Source: an uncultured Eubacteriales bacterium
GTDB lineage: Bacteria > Bacillota > Clostridia > Oscillospirales > CAG-272
Reading direction: 5' to 3'
Assembly: GCA_905187695.1 (NCBI GenBank)
Contig: CAJJIY010000005.1
Coordinates: 8,546 to 72,545 of the forward strand
Length of the DNA: 64,000 nucleotides
Part shown: one piece after another, positions 42,355-56,191 of the stretch
How the letters are laid out: each line of letters opens with the position of its first letter
Numbering within the stretch: the first letter of the stretch is position 1
Translations under genes and position numbers: made by a program
Notes under the pieces: generated by a model
The model's database searches: none
Seen by the model: only the letters and a program-made list of their open reading frames with translations
What the model was told of the DNA's origin: nothing

Positions 42355-43122
42355 TCAGCGAAGCGGGAAAAGCATAAAAAGGCCTTCCATTTCACTTCCG
42401 ATCAGAGCCGAAAACAAGATCTGAAGCACGATTCCCGCCACCGATGCGACAATGGCGATAATGCCCACGATCCGGGCGGTTTTGGCAGCGGCCGGTTCAT
42501 AACCGAGTTGCTGAGTGACGCTCTTGGATTTTGAGAGTGCCAGAATGCCCAGCACAATGCCGGCCAGCGAACAGCAGATAAAGCCCACAATCAGGCCGAT
42601 GATGCTCATGGTCTGCGCACTGTTGGCGTCGGCGTTCAGTTTGGCAATCCGGTTTTGCTCGGCGGTGTCGTTCGGGGTGGGCGGTGCGTAAGGGTTGTTC
42701 TGGAATCCATAGGTGCCGCCTTGATTCTGCGTGTACGGGTTTTGTCCAAACCCGTTGGGATTCTGTCCGAACCCATTCGGATTCTGCCCGAATCCATTTG
42801 GATTCTGCTCAAACCCGTTGGAGTTCTGCCCAAACCCGTTGGGATTCTGCCCAAACCCGTTGGGATTCTGCCCGAATCCATTTGGATTCTGCTCAAACCC
42901 GTTGGGATTCTGCCCGAATCCATTTGGATTCTGCCCAAACCCGTTGGAGTTCTGCCCGAACCTGTTGGGGTTCTGCTCAGCCCCGTTTTGATTTTGCGTA
43001 TGGTTTTGTTCCGTTCCGTTTGTGCCAAAATTGTTTTGGCTTTGCTGGTTTTGCCCGGAATCTGCCGGGTTCTGACCGAACCCGTTCGCGTTGGGTTCAA
43101 ATCCGTTCTGATCGCCGTTCAT
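42355..43122 (-). CDS. Membrane protein with an N-terminal Q/N/G/F-rich heptad-repeat region and a C-terminal DUF4190-like two-TM domain
   Basis: The RBS GGAGGG lies 4 nt before the ATG. About 11 NPNGFGQ-type heptads are present. The C-terminus reads MSIIGLIVGFICCSLAGIVLGILAL...IVGIIAIVASVAGIVLQILF. Confidence 0.8.
   Translation of the reverse strand: MNGDQNGFEPNANGFGQNPADSGQNQQSQNNFGTNGTEQNHTQNQNGAEQNPNRFGQNSNGFGQNPNGFGQNPNGFEQNPNGFGQNPNGFGQNPNGFGQNSNGFEQNPNGFGQNPNGFGQNPNGFGQNPYTQNQGGTYGFQNNPYAPPTPNDTAEQNRIAKLNADANSAQTMSIIGLIVGFICCSLAGIVLGILALSKSKSVTQQLGYEPAAAKTARIVGIIAIVASVAGIVLQILFSALIGSEMEGLFMLFPLR
42742..42972 (-). repeat. In-frame 21-bp tandem repeat, 11 copies (NPNGFGQ / NSNGFEQ variants)
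   Basis: Read directly, the plus strand shows AACCCGTTGGGATTCTGCCC(A/G) and AATCCATTTGGATTCTGC(C/T)C(A/G) units in succession. Blocks of several units recur, giving a higher-order structure. Confidence 0.9.
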
Positions 43123-43272
43123 GTTGCCCTCCTGAAACAGAATTTTAGTTTACTATGTTATAGGATAACAGATTTATAACAAAAATGCAAGACTTTTTTC
43201 AAAACTCTTTCATGCTTCTTGCACTCTTTCCCGTTCTGTGTTATACTGAAAAAAACAGCAAGGAGGGAGAAA

Positions 43273-43872
43273 ATGCGGCCCGCTTTTAAAAAATATCTGT
43301 TTTTCCATTTGGCGCTTGTGGCTTTTGCCGTTGGGTTTTACTTTTATGGCACGCTCATGAGCCGCCTTTTTCCATCCGGCTTTTATCATTGCCCCCTGCA
43401 CGATGTATTGGGGCTTTATTGCCCTTTTTGCGGCGGCACGCGCGCCTTTTTCTTTTTGCTGAAGGGAGATTTCCGCTCCGCTTTTGCCGCCAATGCCTTT
43501 TTGCTTTGCTTTTCGGCCTTTTGGGGAGTGTTGGATCTGATCGTGTTTATTTTTCTTCTTCAGGGAAGGGAAGTGGCGGGCATTTTTCGCCCTTGTTTTT
43601 GCTTTTCGCTGTTTTCGTGGTTGCTTTTTGCCGCGGTGCGCAATGCGGCCATGCTCTGCGGTTATGATCCTGTCGGCGATCTGGCGCCGCTTTGGGCCGG
43701 CCGGTTGCCTTTGCCGGCGATTTGGGCGGCCTGCACGCTGATTTTTGCTTTTGCGGGCGCGCTCTTTTTCTATCTTTGGCGTCCCCGCCGGTTGCGGCGG
43801 CTCCTGTCGGTCATGGGGCTTTCGCTCGCACTTGTCGGATTGCTTGTTTTTTACCGACTTGGCGGGTGCTGA
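43273..43872 (+). CDS. DUF2752 domain membrane protein
   Basis: ATG 43273 follows AAGGAGGGAG. The signature is CPLHDVLGLYCPFCGGTRAF. Confidence 0.8.
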   Translation: MRPAFKKYLFFHLALVAFAVGFYFYGTLMSRLFPSGFYHCPLHDVLGLYCPFCGGTRAFFFLLKGDFRSAFAANAFLLCFSAFWGVLDLIVFIFLLQGREVAGIFRPCFCFSLFSWLLFAAVRNAAMLCGYDPVGDLAPLWAGRLPLPAIWAACTLIFAFAGALFFYLWRPRRLRRLLSVMGLSLALVGLLVFYRLGGC

Positions 43873-43881
43873 AAGCAAAAT

Positions 43882-43911
43882 AAAAATGCCCCGGATTTCC
43901 GGGGCATTTTT
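43882..43911. terminator. Bidirectional terminator (DUF2752 gene / rpsT)
   Basis: AAAAATGCCCCGG pairs with CCGGGGCATTTTT in a 13-bp stem with an ATTT loop. Confidence 0.85.
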
Positions 43912-43916
43912 GGTGC

Positions 43917-44180
43917 TTACGCCATAGCGTTGAGTTTTTTGGTAAACTGGCTCTTCTTGTGCGCGGCGGCGTTCTTGTGAATAATCCCGCGGTTCGCTGC
44001 GGCATCGATCTTTTTGACGGCGGCCTTATAGGTCTCCTGTGCCAGCGCGGCATCGCCCGCATTCACAGCGGCCTCGTACTTTTTCATAGCGGTCTTGAGC
44101 TGCGTGCGGAACATTTTGTTCTGCAGGGTCTTGACCTGCGTCACTTTCACGCGCTTTTTGGCACTCTTGATGTTCGGCAA
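43917..44180 (-). CDS. rpsT: 30S ribosomal protein S20
   Basis: The TTG start at 44180 lies 6 nt after AGGAGGAG. PNIKSAKKRVKVTQVKTLQNKMFRTQLKT is a typical S20 N-terminus. The longer track ORF has no RBS. Confidence 0.9.
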   Translation of the reverse strand: MPNIKSAKKRVKVTQVKTLQNKMFRTQLKTAMKKYEAAVNAGDAALAQETYKAAVKKIDAAANRGIIHKNAAAHKKSQFTKKLNAMA

Positions 44181-44364
44181 ATCGGTCTCCTCCTTTTTGT
44201 GATATTCGGTTTGCACGACGGCGCCTGAGAGGGTGCGCTGTCGCAACGATCCATACGAGAACTTATCATAGCACATTCTGTGCCGAATTGCAAGGGCTTT
44301 TTTTGAAAAAAACAAAAAAATCTCAGAATTTTTTCGAATATTGAAAAAAACTGGGAAAATCTAC

Positions 44365-44393
44365 TTGACAAACGGAAAAAGCTTTGCTATAAT
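44365..44393 (+). promoter_or_regulatory. Consensus sigma-A promoter for rpoB-rpoC
   Basis: TTGACA (44365-44370), a 17-nt spacer and TATAAT (44388-44393), followed by a ~150-nt leader. Confidence 0.7.
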
Positions 44394-44544
44394 TATAAAC
44401 TGCATTATAATTGCCGGGTGTTTCCTTTTCTCTGCAATCCGGCAAGGTTTTTACCAAACTATTTTTAAATAAAAATAGGGCGGCGATCCGGTCTTTCCGC
44501 TTGGAGGCGGAAGGGTACATCAACGAATGGAGTGATAGAATTAC

Positions 44545-47500
44545 ATGGTCAATGTCAAAGAAGAAAGACTCGGTCAGACCAAACGGATGAGCTTTTCAAA
44601 GTCTCGTTTCAATCTGGAACTTCCCAATCTTCTGGAGGTTCAGACAAAGTCCTTCAAGTGGTTCCTGGAGGAAGGACTGGGCGAGGTTCTCCGTGATGTT
44701 TCGCCCATCACGGACTTTTCCGGCAATCTGAAAATCGAGTTTCTGTCCTATTCCATCGATCAGAAGCCCAAATATACCGTGGAGGAATGCAAGGAGCGTG
44801 ATGTCAACTATGCCGCGCCGCTCCGCGTCACCGTCCGGCTGACCAACAAGCAGACCGGCGAAGTGCAGAATTCCGACATTTTCATGGGCGAGATTCCGTT
44901 GATGACCGAGACCGGCACATTTGTCATTAACGGCGCGGAGCGCGTAATTGTTTCGCAGATCATCCGCTCTCCCGGTATGTACTACGCCAATGAGATCGAC
45001 AAAATGGGCAAGCGCAATTACAGCGCGCAGATCATTCCGTACCGCGGCGCATGGCTGGAGTACGAGACCGATAACAGCGGCGTGCTCTATGTCCGGATCG
45101 ATAAAAACCGCAAGGTACCGATCACCATGTTCATCCGCGCACTCGGTGCGTTGGGGGACAAGCCGGAGATCGAAACCCGCGAGGATGTGTGCGCCATCTT
45201 CGGTGAAGAAGAGCGTTTGCGCGCCACCTTTGACAAGGACGAATCCGAGGAGATTGCCGCCCGCAACCGCACTTCCGTCGGTCAGGAAGCCCTCAAGGAA
45301 ATTTATAAAAAGCTCCGTCCCGGCGAACCCGCCGTGGTGGATGCCGCGCAGAAGCTCATGTGCGACACGCTGTTTGACAACCGTCGTTATGACATTGCCG
45401 CAGTCGGCCGCTATAAGTTTGACAAGAAAATGGCGCTGTCCGGCCGTGTGGTCGGCCGCACGCTGGCCGAACCCGCTATCAGCCCTTTGACCGGCGAAAT
45501 GGTCTTTGAAGCAGGCCGTGTGCTCACCCGTGAGGACGCGCTGGCGCTGGAGAATGCCGCTGTCAACGAAGTGGTGCTCTCTCTGGAAGATGGTAGCACC
45601 GTCAAGGTGTTTTCCAACAACACGGTCGAGCCGGCCGCCATTCTCGGCTACGATCTGAAGGATTGCGGCATCAGCGGAAAGGTTCACACGCCGGTGCTAC
45701 TGTCGCTGATCGAGGAGGCCGCGGGTGACGAGGACAAACTGAAAGATCTGGTTCGTCTCCATTTGGCCGAACTTGCGCCCAAGCACATCACCAAAGACGA
45801 TATTTTTGCCAGCATCAACTATCAGTTGGGTCTGATGCATGACCTTGCGCTCGGCCAGTATGACGATATCGACCACCTGGGCAACCGCCGTATCCGTTCG
45901 GTGGGCGAGCAGCTTCAGAATCAGCTCCGCATCGGATTTACCCGGATGAACAAGACCATTACCGACCGGATGGCCACGCAGGATTCCGACAAGGTTTCCC
46001 CGCAGATGCTGATCAACACCCGGCCGATTGCCACCGGCATCCGCGAATTTTTCGGTTCTTCTCAGCTTTCACAGTTCATGGATCAGAACAACCCGCTGGC
46101 CGAACTGACGCACAAGCGCCGTCTCTCGGCGCTGGGCCCCGGCGGTATCTCGCGTGACCGCGCTTCCTTTGATGTCCGAGATGTGCACTATACGCATTAT
46201 GGCCGTATGTGCCCGATTGAGACTCCTGAAGGCCCGAATATCGGTCTGATTTCCTACCTCACCACCTACGCCCGGATCAGCGAGTACGGCTTTATCGAAG
46301 CGCCTTATCGCAAATATGACAAGGAAAAAGGCGTGGTGACGGACGAGGTCGAATACATGACGGCCGATGTCGAAGATCACTATATCATCGCGCAGGCCAA
46401 CGAACCGTTGGATGCGGAGGGTCATTTCGTCAATAAGATCGTCAACGCCCGTGATAAGAACGAGATCCGCGAAGTCGAGGCTTCGCAGGTAGACTACATG
46501 GATGTTTCGCCGAAGATGGTGGTTTCCGTGGCCACGGCTATGATCCCGTTCCTTGAAAACGACGATAACTCCCGTGCACTGATGGGCTCCAACATGCAGA
46601 AGCAGGCCGTGCCGCTGATGGTGACGGAATCTCCGATCGTCGGTACCGGTATGGAGTACAAGGCCGGTCTTGATTCGGGCGTTGCCATCCGCGCCAAGCG
46701 CGCCGGTACGGTGGAATATGTGGATGCCGACCAGATCATTGTCGTGGCGGATAACGGCGAGCGCGATTGCTATCAGCTTATCAAGTTCAAGCGCACCAAC
46801 CAGGGCACCTGCTATAATCAGCGCCCCGTGGTCAGCCGCGGCGATTACATCGAAGAAGGCCGCGTGATTGCCGATGGTCCCGCTACCTGCAACGGCGAAA
46901 TTTCGCTGGGTAAAAACGCGCTCATCGGCTTTATGACCTGGGAAGGTTATAACTATGAGGACGCCGTGCTTCTGAACGAGCGTCTGGCCAGAGAAGATGT
47001 CTATACCTCTTTGCACATTGAGGAATATACGCACGATGCCAGAGATACCAAACTGGGGCCGGAAGAGATCACCCGCGAAATTCCTAATGTGGGCGATGAT
47101 GCGCTCAAAGACCTCAATGCAGACGGCATTGTAAAGAAGGGAACCGAGGTCCGGGCCGGCGATATCCTGGTGGGTAAAATCACTCCCAAGGGCGAGACCG
47201 AACTGACGGCCGAGGAAAGACTGCTTCGCGCCATCTTCGGTGAAAAAGCGCGCGAAGTGCGCGATACTTCGCTCCGTCTGCCGCACGGCGAATCCGGTAT
47301 CGTGGTAGATGTCAAGGTCTTCTCGCATGAAAACGGCGATGAACTGCCCACCGGCGTCAACAAGCAGGTGCGCGTGTATATCGCGCAGAAGCGTAAGATC
47401 TCTGTCGGCGATAAAATGGCGGGTCGTCACGGTAACAAAGGCGTTGTGTCCCGCATTCTTCCGCCGGAAGATATGCCGTTCCTGCCGGACGGTACGCCGC

Positions 47501-48480
47501 TGGATATCGTGCTGAACCCGTTGGGCGTGCCTTCGCGTATGAACATCGGTCAGGTGCTGGAAGTGCACCTTGGCATTGCCGCCAGAAAACTCGGCTGGAA
47601 GATCATGACCCCGGTGTTCGATGGCGCCAACGAAAAGGAGATTATGGAATGTATGCGGATGGCCGGCATGGCACGCGACATTCGCCCCAATGAAAATGTG
47701 GACGGCAAGGATCTCTTCTATGAAAATGTGGATGAAAAGGGTGAAAAGACCTATGTCCATGTAGAGGAAGAGGTGCTGGCCGATCAGGAGAGGCTGAATA
47801 CCCTTATTAAAGAAGGTAAGGTAAAGGTCATCGACGGCAAGACCACGCTGTATGACGGCCGCACCGGCGATCCTTTTGATAACCCGGTCACGGTCGGAAT
47901 CATGTACTATCTCAAGCTCCATCACCTGGTCGATGATAAGATTCATGCCCGTGCCAACGGCCCGTATTCTCTTATCACGCAGCAGCCGCTCGGCGGTAAA
48001 GCCCAGTTCGGCGGTCAGCGTTTTGGCGAAATGGAAGTGTGGGCGCTGGAGGCTTACGGTGCGGCTTACACCCTGCAGGAGATCCTCACGGTGAAGTCGG
48101 ACGATATCAACGGCCGCCGCCGTGCTTATGAGGCCATCATCAAGGGTCAGAATATTCCCACGCCGGGCGTGCCGGAGTCCTTCAAGGTGCTTGTCAAAGA
48201 ACTGCAGGCACTGGCGCTGGATGTGCGGGTGCTGGATAAGGACGGAGAGGAAATTCAGCTTTCCACCCTTTGCAACGATGATACGCCTTCGCCCTACGGC
48301 AACAAAGCGGATTTGGCCGCCATTGAAGAAGAATTGGGTCGTCACGGCCTTGACGGCGATGACCTTTCCAATCTGACGGTTGAAAACGAGGACGGAGAAG
48401 CTGAGGAAGACGAGGATGAGGATTCGCTCTTTGCCCCGCCGGAAGAAAGCGATGATACAGATTTTGATGATGAAAACTGA
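44545..48480 (+). CDS. rpoB: DNA-directed RNA polymerase subunit beta
   Basis: The RpoB sequence is unmistakable: [39 protein letters not shown] and [18 protein letters not shown]. An acidic C-terminal tail follows. Confidence 0.98.
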   Translation: MVNVKEERLGQTKRMSFSKSRFNLELPNLLEVQTKSFKWFLEEGLGEVLRDVSPITDFSGNLKIEFLSYSIDQKPKYTVEECKERDVNYAAPLRVTVRLTNKQTGEVQNSDIFMGEIPLMTETGTFVINGAERVIVSQIIRSPGMYYANEIDKMGKRNYSAQIIPYRGAWLEYETDNSGVLYVRIDKNRKVPITMFIRALGALGDKPEIETREDVCAIFGEEERLRATFDKDESEEIAARNRTSVGQEALKEIYKKLRPGEPAVVDAAQKLMCDTLFDNRRYDIAAVGRYKFDKKMALSGRVVGRTLAEPAISPLTGEMVFEAGRVLTREDALALENAAVNEVVLSLEDGSTVKVFSNNTVEPAAILGYDLKDCGISGKVHTPVLLSLIEEAAGDEDKLKDLVRLHLAELAPKHITKDDIFASINYQLGLMHDLALGQYDDIDHLGNRRIRSVGEQLQNQLRIGFTRMNKTITDRMATQDSDKVSPQMLINTRPIATGIREFFGSSQLSQFMDQNNPLAELTHKRRLSALGPGGISRDRASFDVRDVHYTHYGRMCPIETPEGPNIGLISYLTTYARISEYGFIEAPYRKYDKEKGVVTDEVEYMTADVEDHYIIAQANEPLDAEGHFVNKIVNARDKNEIREVEASQVDYMDVSPKMVVSVATAMIPFLENDDNSRALMGSNMQKQAVPLMVTESPIVGTGMEYKAGLDSGVAIRAKRAGTVEYVDADQIIVVADNGERDCYQLIKFKRTNQGTCYNQRPVVSRGDYIEEGRVIADGPATCNGEISLGKNALIGFMTWEGYNYEDAVLLNERLAREDVYTSLHIEEYTHDARDTKLGPEEITREIPNVGDDALKDLNADGIVKKGTEVRAGDILVGKITPKGETELTAEERLLRAIFGEKAREVRDTSLRLPHGESGIVVDVKVFSHENGDELPTGVNKQVRVYIAQKRKISVGDKMAGRHGNKGVVSRILPPEDMPFLPDGTPLDIVLNPLGVPSRMNIGQVLEVHLGIAARKLGWKIMTPVFDGANEKEIMECMRMAGMARDIRPNENVDGKDLFYENVDEKGEKTYVHVEEEVLADQERLNTLIKEGKVKVIDGKTTLYDGRTGDPFDNPVTVGIMYYLKLHHLVDDKIHARANGPYSLITQQPLGGKAQFGGQRFGEMEVWALEAYGAAYTLQEILTVKSDDINGRRRAYEAIIKGQNIPTPGVPESFKVLVKELQALALDVRVLDKDGEEIQLSTLCNDDTPSPYGNKADLAAIEEELGRHGLDGDDLSNLTVENEDGEAEEDEDEDSLFAPPEESDDTDFDDEN

Positions 48481-48500
48481 TAAAAGGAGAGAAAAGACAC

Positions 48501-52115
<3,615 letters not shown>

Positions 52116-52127
52116 GGATTCCTTTCA

Positions 52128-52160
52128 GATGCCGCGCAATTGCGCGGCATCTTTTTTATT
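52128..52160 (+). terminator. Rho-independent terminator after rpoC
   Basis: GATGCCGCGC pairs with GCGCGGCATC around an AATT loop, followed by T6. Confidence 0.9.
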
Positions 52161-52281
52161 TTGCCTGCCCGGTTTGTGCCGGTTGGAAACGGAAAGAGAA
52201 TTTTTTGCAGATAATAAGCACTGCCTTTATGCGACATACTTCACACCCAGTCCGGCGGTATAATAGGGCCGGGGTGAGAAA

Positions 52282-53133
52282 ATGGAAAGAGAAGTATACG
52301 GAGATCTGCTGTTCTTTATCAATTTCTGCATGGATTTTCAATGCCTTTTCCTAAGCGCACGGTGTTTGCGTCGGCCGTTTTCACTGTGGCGCGGTGCTCT
52401 TTTCGCGGCTCTGGGAGCACTGTATGCAGTGGCGGCACTCTTTCTCCCGATTCATGGAGTCATGGCCTTTTTATTGGATCTGGGCGTTTGCCTTTTGATG
52501 TGCATCGGTACTTTCGCTGGAAAATCCGTGCGCCCACGCCAGATACTTTGGATCTTTCTGGTCTATTTTGGCGTTTCATTTGCCGTTGGCGGCGTCATGA
52601 GCGGCATGGCCGGCCTTCTTTCACATATAGAGGCACCGTTGGGGCAAAGCAAACTTCAGATCGGAAACGGCCTTTTTTATCTTCTCGCGGCACTGGCCGG
52701 ACTGTCTACTTATTTTTGGGGCAGATATTGTAAGAAAAAAGGGCGTGAGACGCACGGTGAGTTGCGATTGGTTCTTCGGGGACGGGAAGTTTGCGCAGAT
52801 TGTCTGTTTGACAGCGCCAATTTCTTAAAGGATCCTATTGGCGGGCGCCCGGTGGCTTTGCTTTCCGATCAGAAAGCAAAAGAAATTTTTCCGGCTTCCT
52901 TTCTGGAAGCGGCCAGGAACAGCGATCTGTCTGCTTTGCCACGCGAATTTTTAAATCGTGTAAGACCGGTGCCGAGCATCAGTGCCACCGGTGAAAAATT
53001 GCTCTTTGCCATTGCCCCGGACGCTGCCTATTTAAATGTCGGTCATGGCGAAAACCCCACCGATCTTCTGATTGCGCCCGCTTTTTCGGGGTTCGGTGAG
53101 TACGAAGTTCTACTTCCGGCGGCTGTAATGTAG
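52282..53133 (+). CDS. spoIIGA: Sigma-E processing peptidase (pro-sigma-E protease)
   Basis: The membrane N-terminus reads VYGDLLFFINFCMDFQCLFL. The aspartyl-protease region FDSANFLKDPIGGRPV compares with the DSGN/DTGN motif. It lies immediately upstream of sigE. Confidence 0.85.
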   Translation: MEREVYGDLLFFINFCMDFQCLFLSARCLRRPFSLWRGALFAALGALYAVAALFLPIHGVMAFLLDLGVCLLMCIGTFAGKSVRPRQILWIFLVYFGVSFAVGGVMSGMAGLLSHIEAPLGQSKLQIGNGLFYLLAALAGLSTYFWGRYCKKKGRETHGELRLVLRGREVCADCLFDSANFLKDPIGGRPVALLSDQKAKEIFPASFLEAARNSDLSALPREFLNRVRPVPSISATGEKLLFAIAPDAAYLNVGHGENPTDLLIAPAFSGFGEYEVLLPAAVM

Positions 53134-53180
53134 AAAAAACGAAAATAAAAATGGAATATATTTGAGAAAAGGAGGAAAAT

Positions 53181-53873
53181 ATGTTTAAAAAACTGAAAAA
53201 CTTTCTCCGCAGGCTTTTTCGGGCAAAAGGAGTCTATTATGTTAACGGTCCGGACCTCCTGCCACCGCCGCTTACACATGAGGATGAAGCAAAAGCCATT
53301 GCCGCCCTGCCGGAAGATGAAAAGGCCCGTGCCCGGTTGATTGAACATAATCTTCGCCTGGTGGTCTACATTGCGCGGCGCTTTGAAAGTACCGGCGTTG
53401 GGCTGGAGGATCTGGTTTCTATTGGAACGGTGGGCCTTATCAAGGCCATCAATACTTTTTCTCCCGAAAAGAATATCAAACTGGCTACCTATGCCTCCCG
53501 TTGCATCGAGAATGAGATCTTAATGTATATCCGAAAGAAAAACGCCCGGCGCGGCGAGGTCTCCATTGATGAACCGCTTCATGTGGACTGGGACGGCAAC
53601 GAATTGCTCCTTTCGGATGTGTTGGGGAGCGAAGAGGACGGGGTGGGATTTGAACTGGAAAAAAAGGAAGAGCGCCGCGTCATCAACGAAGCGCTCCTGA
53701 CGCTTTCTCCCCGGGAACGGCTAATTGTAGAGTTGCGTTTCGGATTTGCCGGGAAGAGGGAATTGACCCAAAAAGAAGTGGCGGATTCTCTTGGAATTTC
53801 TCAGTCGTATATCTCACGGCTTGAAAAGAAAATCATTGCGGAACTGAAAGAAAAAATTGCCGGGAAAATTTAA
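53181..53873 (+). CDS. sigE: Sporulation sigma factor E (pro-sigma-E)
   Basis: The RBS AAGGAGGAAAA precedes the start. The pro-sequence is followed by [13 protein letters not shown]. The core reads [41 protein letters not shown] and [20 protein letters not shown]. Confidence 0.92.
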   Translation: MFKKLKNFLRRLFRAKGVYYVNGPDLLPPPLTHEDEAKAIAALPEDEKARARLIEHNLRLVVYIARRFESTGVGLEDLVSIGTVGLIKAINTFSPEKNIKLATYASRCIENEILMYIRKKNARRGEVSIDEPLHVDWDGNELLLSDVLGSEEDGVGFELEKKEERRVINEALLTLSPRERLIVELRFGFAGKRELTQKEVADSLGISQSYISRLEKKIIAELKEKIAGKI

Positions 53874-54105
53874 GCGGGATATTTGTGGGCATGACCGTTT
53901 CCGGCCGCCGAAGATTCAAATGATAAAACACATACATTTAAGGTAGAAAAAATGTACGGCAAGGAATTTTTCATGCGCGGTCTGCCTGCTAAAGAGCAGC
54001 GGTATTAAGGACTTGATTTGCGTGGAGCGCCGCCGGTTTTTCCTTGCGCGCGGTCGCCTTTCGTGGTCGCGTGCCATGGCGAGGGGTGAAGATTACATTG
54101 AATAT

Positions 54106-54131
54106 AAAAGGCCGCCGTACGGCGGCCTTTT
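54106..54131. terminator. Orphan bidirectional hairpin in the sigE / ABC intergenic region
   Basis: AAAAGGCCGCC pairs with GGCGGCCTTTT around a GTAC loop. Confidence 0.6.
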
Positions 54132-54315
54132 GAATTATTCATTTTTGAATGAATATATGCAGATGTAAACGGAGGCTTTTTGAGGGCGAGCAGAGGGATA
54201 GGAAGCGGATTTGACATAATAAGCCCAAAATAATGTGCAAAATTAACAAAAATACGTCCAATTTTGTGTTAAAACATACCGAATGCACAAAATGAAAGTT
54301 TTTTCAAAAAACCGC

Positions 54316-54344
54316 TTGACAAGTGAATATTTATGCGCTATAAT
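54316..54344 (+). promoter_or_regulatory. Consensus sigma-A promoter for the amino-acid ABC operon
   Basis: TTGACA (54316-54321), a 17-nt spacer and TATAAT (54339-54344). Confidence 0.7.
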
Positions 54345-54390
54345 GGGCACATCAAAAACATTCACCCCCTCAACAGAAAGGAAAACGAAC

Positions 54391-55308
54391 ATGAAAAAAC
54401 TTCTTGCTTTTACGCTGGCCGCACTGATGGCGGTCGGTTGCATCTTCACTCTGGCATCCTGTAAAAAGAACAGCAGCGAACTGAAAGTAGTTGACATTCC
54501 CCTGACCGAAGAAAAATATGCTTTTGCTGTCCAGAAGGGCGACAGCGAAATGCTCGGAAAACTGAATGACTTTCTGGCCAAGATCCAGAGCAACGGCACT
54601 TTCAATGAGATCATGAATAAATATTTCGGCGACGGAAAGCCCGCGCCGGTTGCTTCCGCTGCCACGATGAAGACCGACGGCAGTCAGTTGATCGTGGCCA
54701 CCAATGCCACCTTCGAGCCTTTCGAGTATCTGGAGGGCGCAAATTACTATGGCATTGACATGGAGATCATGAGTCTGTTTGCCGCGGAGCTCGGCAAGGA
54801 GCTTTACATTAACAACATGGATTTTGACGCGGTTTGCCTTTCGGTCTCGGCCGCCGGCGGTACTTATGAAGATGAAAACGGTCAGGTAAAAACGGTCAGC
54901 GGCGGCACTTGCGACGTGGCGGCGGCCGGTCTCACCGTGACCGAAACCCGGAAAGAATCGCTGGATTTCTCTTCCACTTATTACAGTGCTTCTCAAATGA
55001 TCATTGTGGCCAAGGATGATACCACCTTTGATAACTGCAAGACCAAAGAAGATGTCGAGGCGATTCTCAACGGCTATGACAAGTCCGTCAAGGTCGGTGT
55101 GCAGAACGGCACGACCGGAAAGACCTACTGCGTGGGCGATGCCGGTGTGGAGGGCGGCTTTGGCTTTGCCGGATTCAAGTTTGAAACAGTCGGCTATACC
55201 AGTGGCGCGGTGGCCGCTCAGAATATCAAGACCGGCAATATCAAAATGGTCGTGATCGACGAGGGACCGGCCAAGGCAATTGTTGCAAAAATCAATGCCG
55301 CGGGCTGA
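54391..55308 (+). CDS. Polar amino acid ABC transporter substrate-binding lipoprotein (family 3 SBP)
   Basis: ATG 54391 follows AAAGGAAAA. The signal peptide ends in the lipobox LASC. SBP_bac_3-like blocks are present: LIVATNATFEPFEY, GIDMEI and GVQNGTTG. Confidence 0.85.
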   Translation: MKKLLAFTLAALMAVGCIFTLASCKKNSSELKVVDIPLTEEKYAFAVQKGDSEMLGKLNDFLAKIQSNGTFNEIMNKYFGDGKPAPVASAATMKTDGSQLIVATNATFEPFEYLEGANYYGIDMEIMSLFAAELGKELYINNMDFDAVCLSVSAAGGTYEDENGQVKTVSGGTCDVAAAGLTVTETRKESLDFSSTYYSASQMIIVAKDDTTFDNCKTKEDVEAILNGYDKSVKVGVQNGTTGKTYCVGDAGVEGGFGFAGFKFETVGYTSGAVAAQNIKTGNIKMVVIDEGPAKAIVAKINAAG

Positions 55309-55390
55309 CCGCAGATGCAAAAAAGACGCGCAAGGCGGGAAATACCGCCTTGCGCCCTGTTGCTTTAAACTTCACGGATAAGGAACGAAC

Positions 55391-56191
55391 ATGAAAAAAT
55401 TTTTCAAAAGACACCGGATCGATATGCTGACGCTCGGCGGCGTGCTGGCATTGATCGTTCTTTTGTGTGTGACGATTGCCAGACAATTCAACTTCGGCAA
55501 GAAGTGGGGCATTTTCTACAAATATTTTATTACCAACCGGGGGTACACCTTCCTTTTGCAGGGAATGAAAAACACCGCCATTATCGCGGTGCTCGGCCTT
55601 TCGATCGGAATCGTCATCGGCACGCTGATTGCCGTGGTCAAGGTGATCCCGCCTTATAAGCGTCTTACGCGCTATGCGCAACGCGTCTGCGGCGTCTACG
55701 TGGCCTTTTTCCGTGGCACGCCAATCGTGGTACAATTATTGGTCGGCTATTACATTCTTTTGCCGTTGCTTTCCCTTAAGCTTTCGCCGGTGGCCTCCTG
55801 CGTCATCATTTTCGGTCTCAACAGCGGCGCGTATATTTCCGAGATTATGCGCGGCGGTATTCATTCGGTCGATCCCGGTCAGCTGGAGGCGGCGCGCGCC
55901 GTCGGATTGCCCTTTCCGGTGGCCATGATGAAGGTGGTTGTTCCGCAGGCCGTAAAAAACATTCTGCCAACGCTGGGCAACGAGTTTATCGCACTTATTA
56001 AAGAGACCGCCGTGGTCGGTTATGTGGGCGCGGTGGATATCACAAAGGCCTTTCAGGATCTCGGCTCCAACTCTTACGAATTTATGATTCCGTATCTGGT
56101 GATGGCGTTCCTTTATATCGTCATTGTGGCCACCATTGCCTTCTTTATCAAACTGACCGAAAGGAGACTGGCCAGAAATGAAAGAAACTGA
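55391..56191 (+). CDS. Amino acid ABC transporter permease (His/Glu/Gln/Arg/opine family)
   Basis: The family signature is [11 protein letters not shown]...EAARAVGL, and it lies in an operon with the SBP and the ATPase. Confidence 0.9.
   Translation: MKKFFKRHRIDMLTLGGVLALIVLLCVTIARQFNFGKKWGIFYKYFITNRGYTFLLQGMKNTAIIAVLGLSIGIVIGTLIAVVKVIPPYKRLTRYAQRVCGVYVAFFRGTPIVVQLLVGYYILLPLLSLKLSPVASCVIIFGLNSGAYISEIMRGGIHSVDPGQLEAARAVGLPFPVAMMKVVVPQAVKNILPTLGNEFIALIKETAVVGYVGAVDITKAFQDLGSNSYEFMIPYLVMAFLYIVIVATIAFFIKLTERRLARNERN

Noticed and set aside
42731-42991. Plus-strand 86-aa Cys-rich ORF (CPNPLGF heptads) and other alternative-frame ORFs inside the 21-bp repeat; also considered whether the repeat could be a CRISPR array
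   Set aside because: Every frame stays open in a perfect in-frame tandem repeat. Only the minus-strand frame has an RBS, an N-terminal Met context and a C-terminal TM domain. The units are contiguous 21-mers without spacers, so this is not a CRISPR array.
52790-52840. The SpoIIGA aspartyl-protease motif reads DSAN rather than DSGN/DTGN
   Set aside because: It is a single conservative difference with the catalytic Asp retained. It is not evidence of inactivation.
53874-54105. The sigE-downstream gap was searched for a sigG remnant, a small gene or a known ncRNA
   Set aside because: Translations in all frames give only very short ORFs (10-17 aa) with no sigma-factor similarity. I recognise no Rfam-type motif, and only the hairpin at 54106-54131 is reportable.
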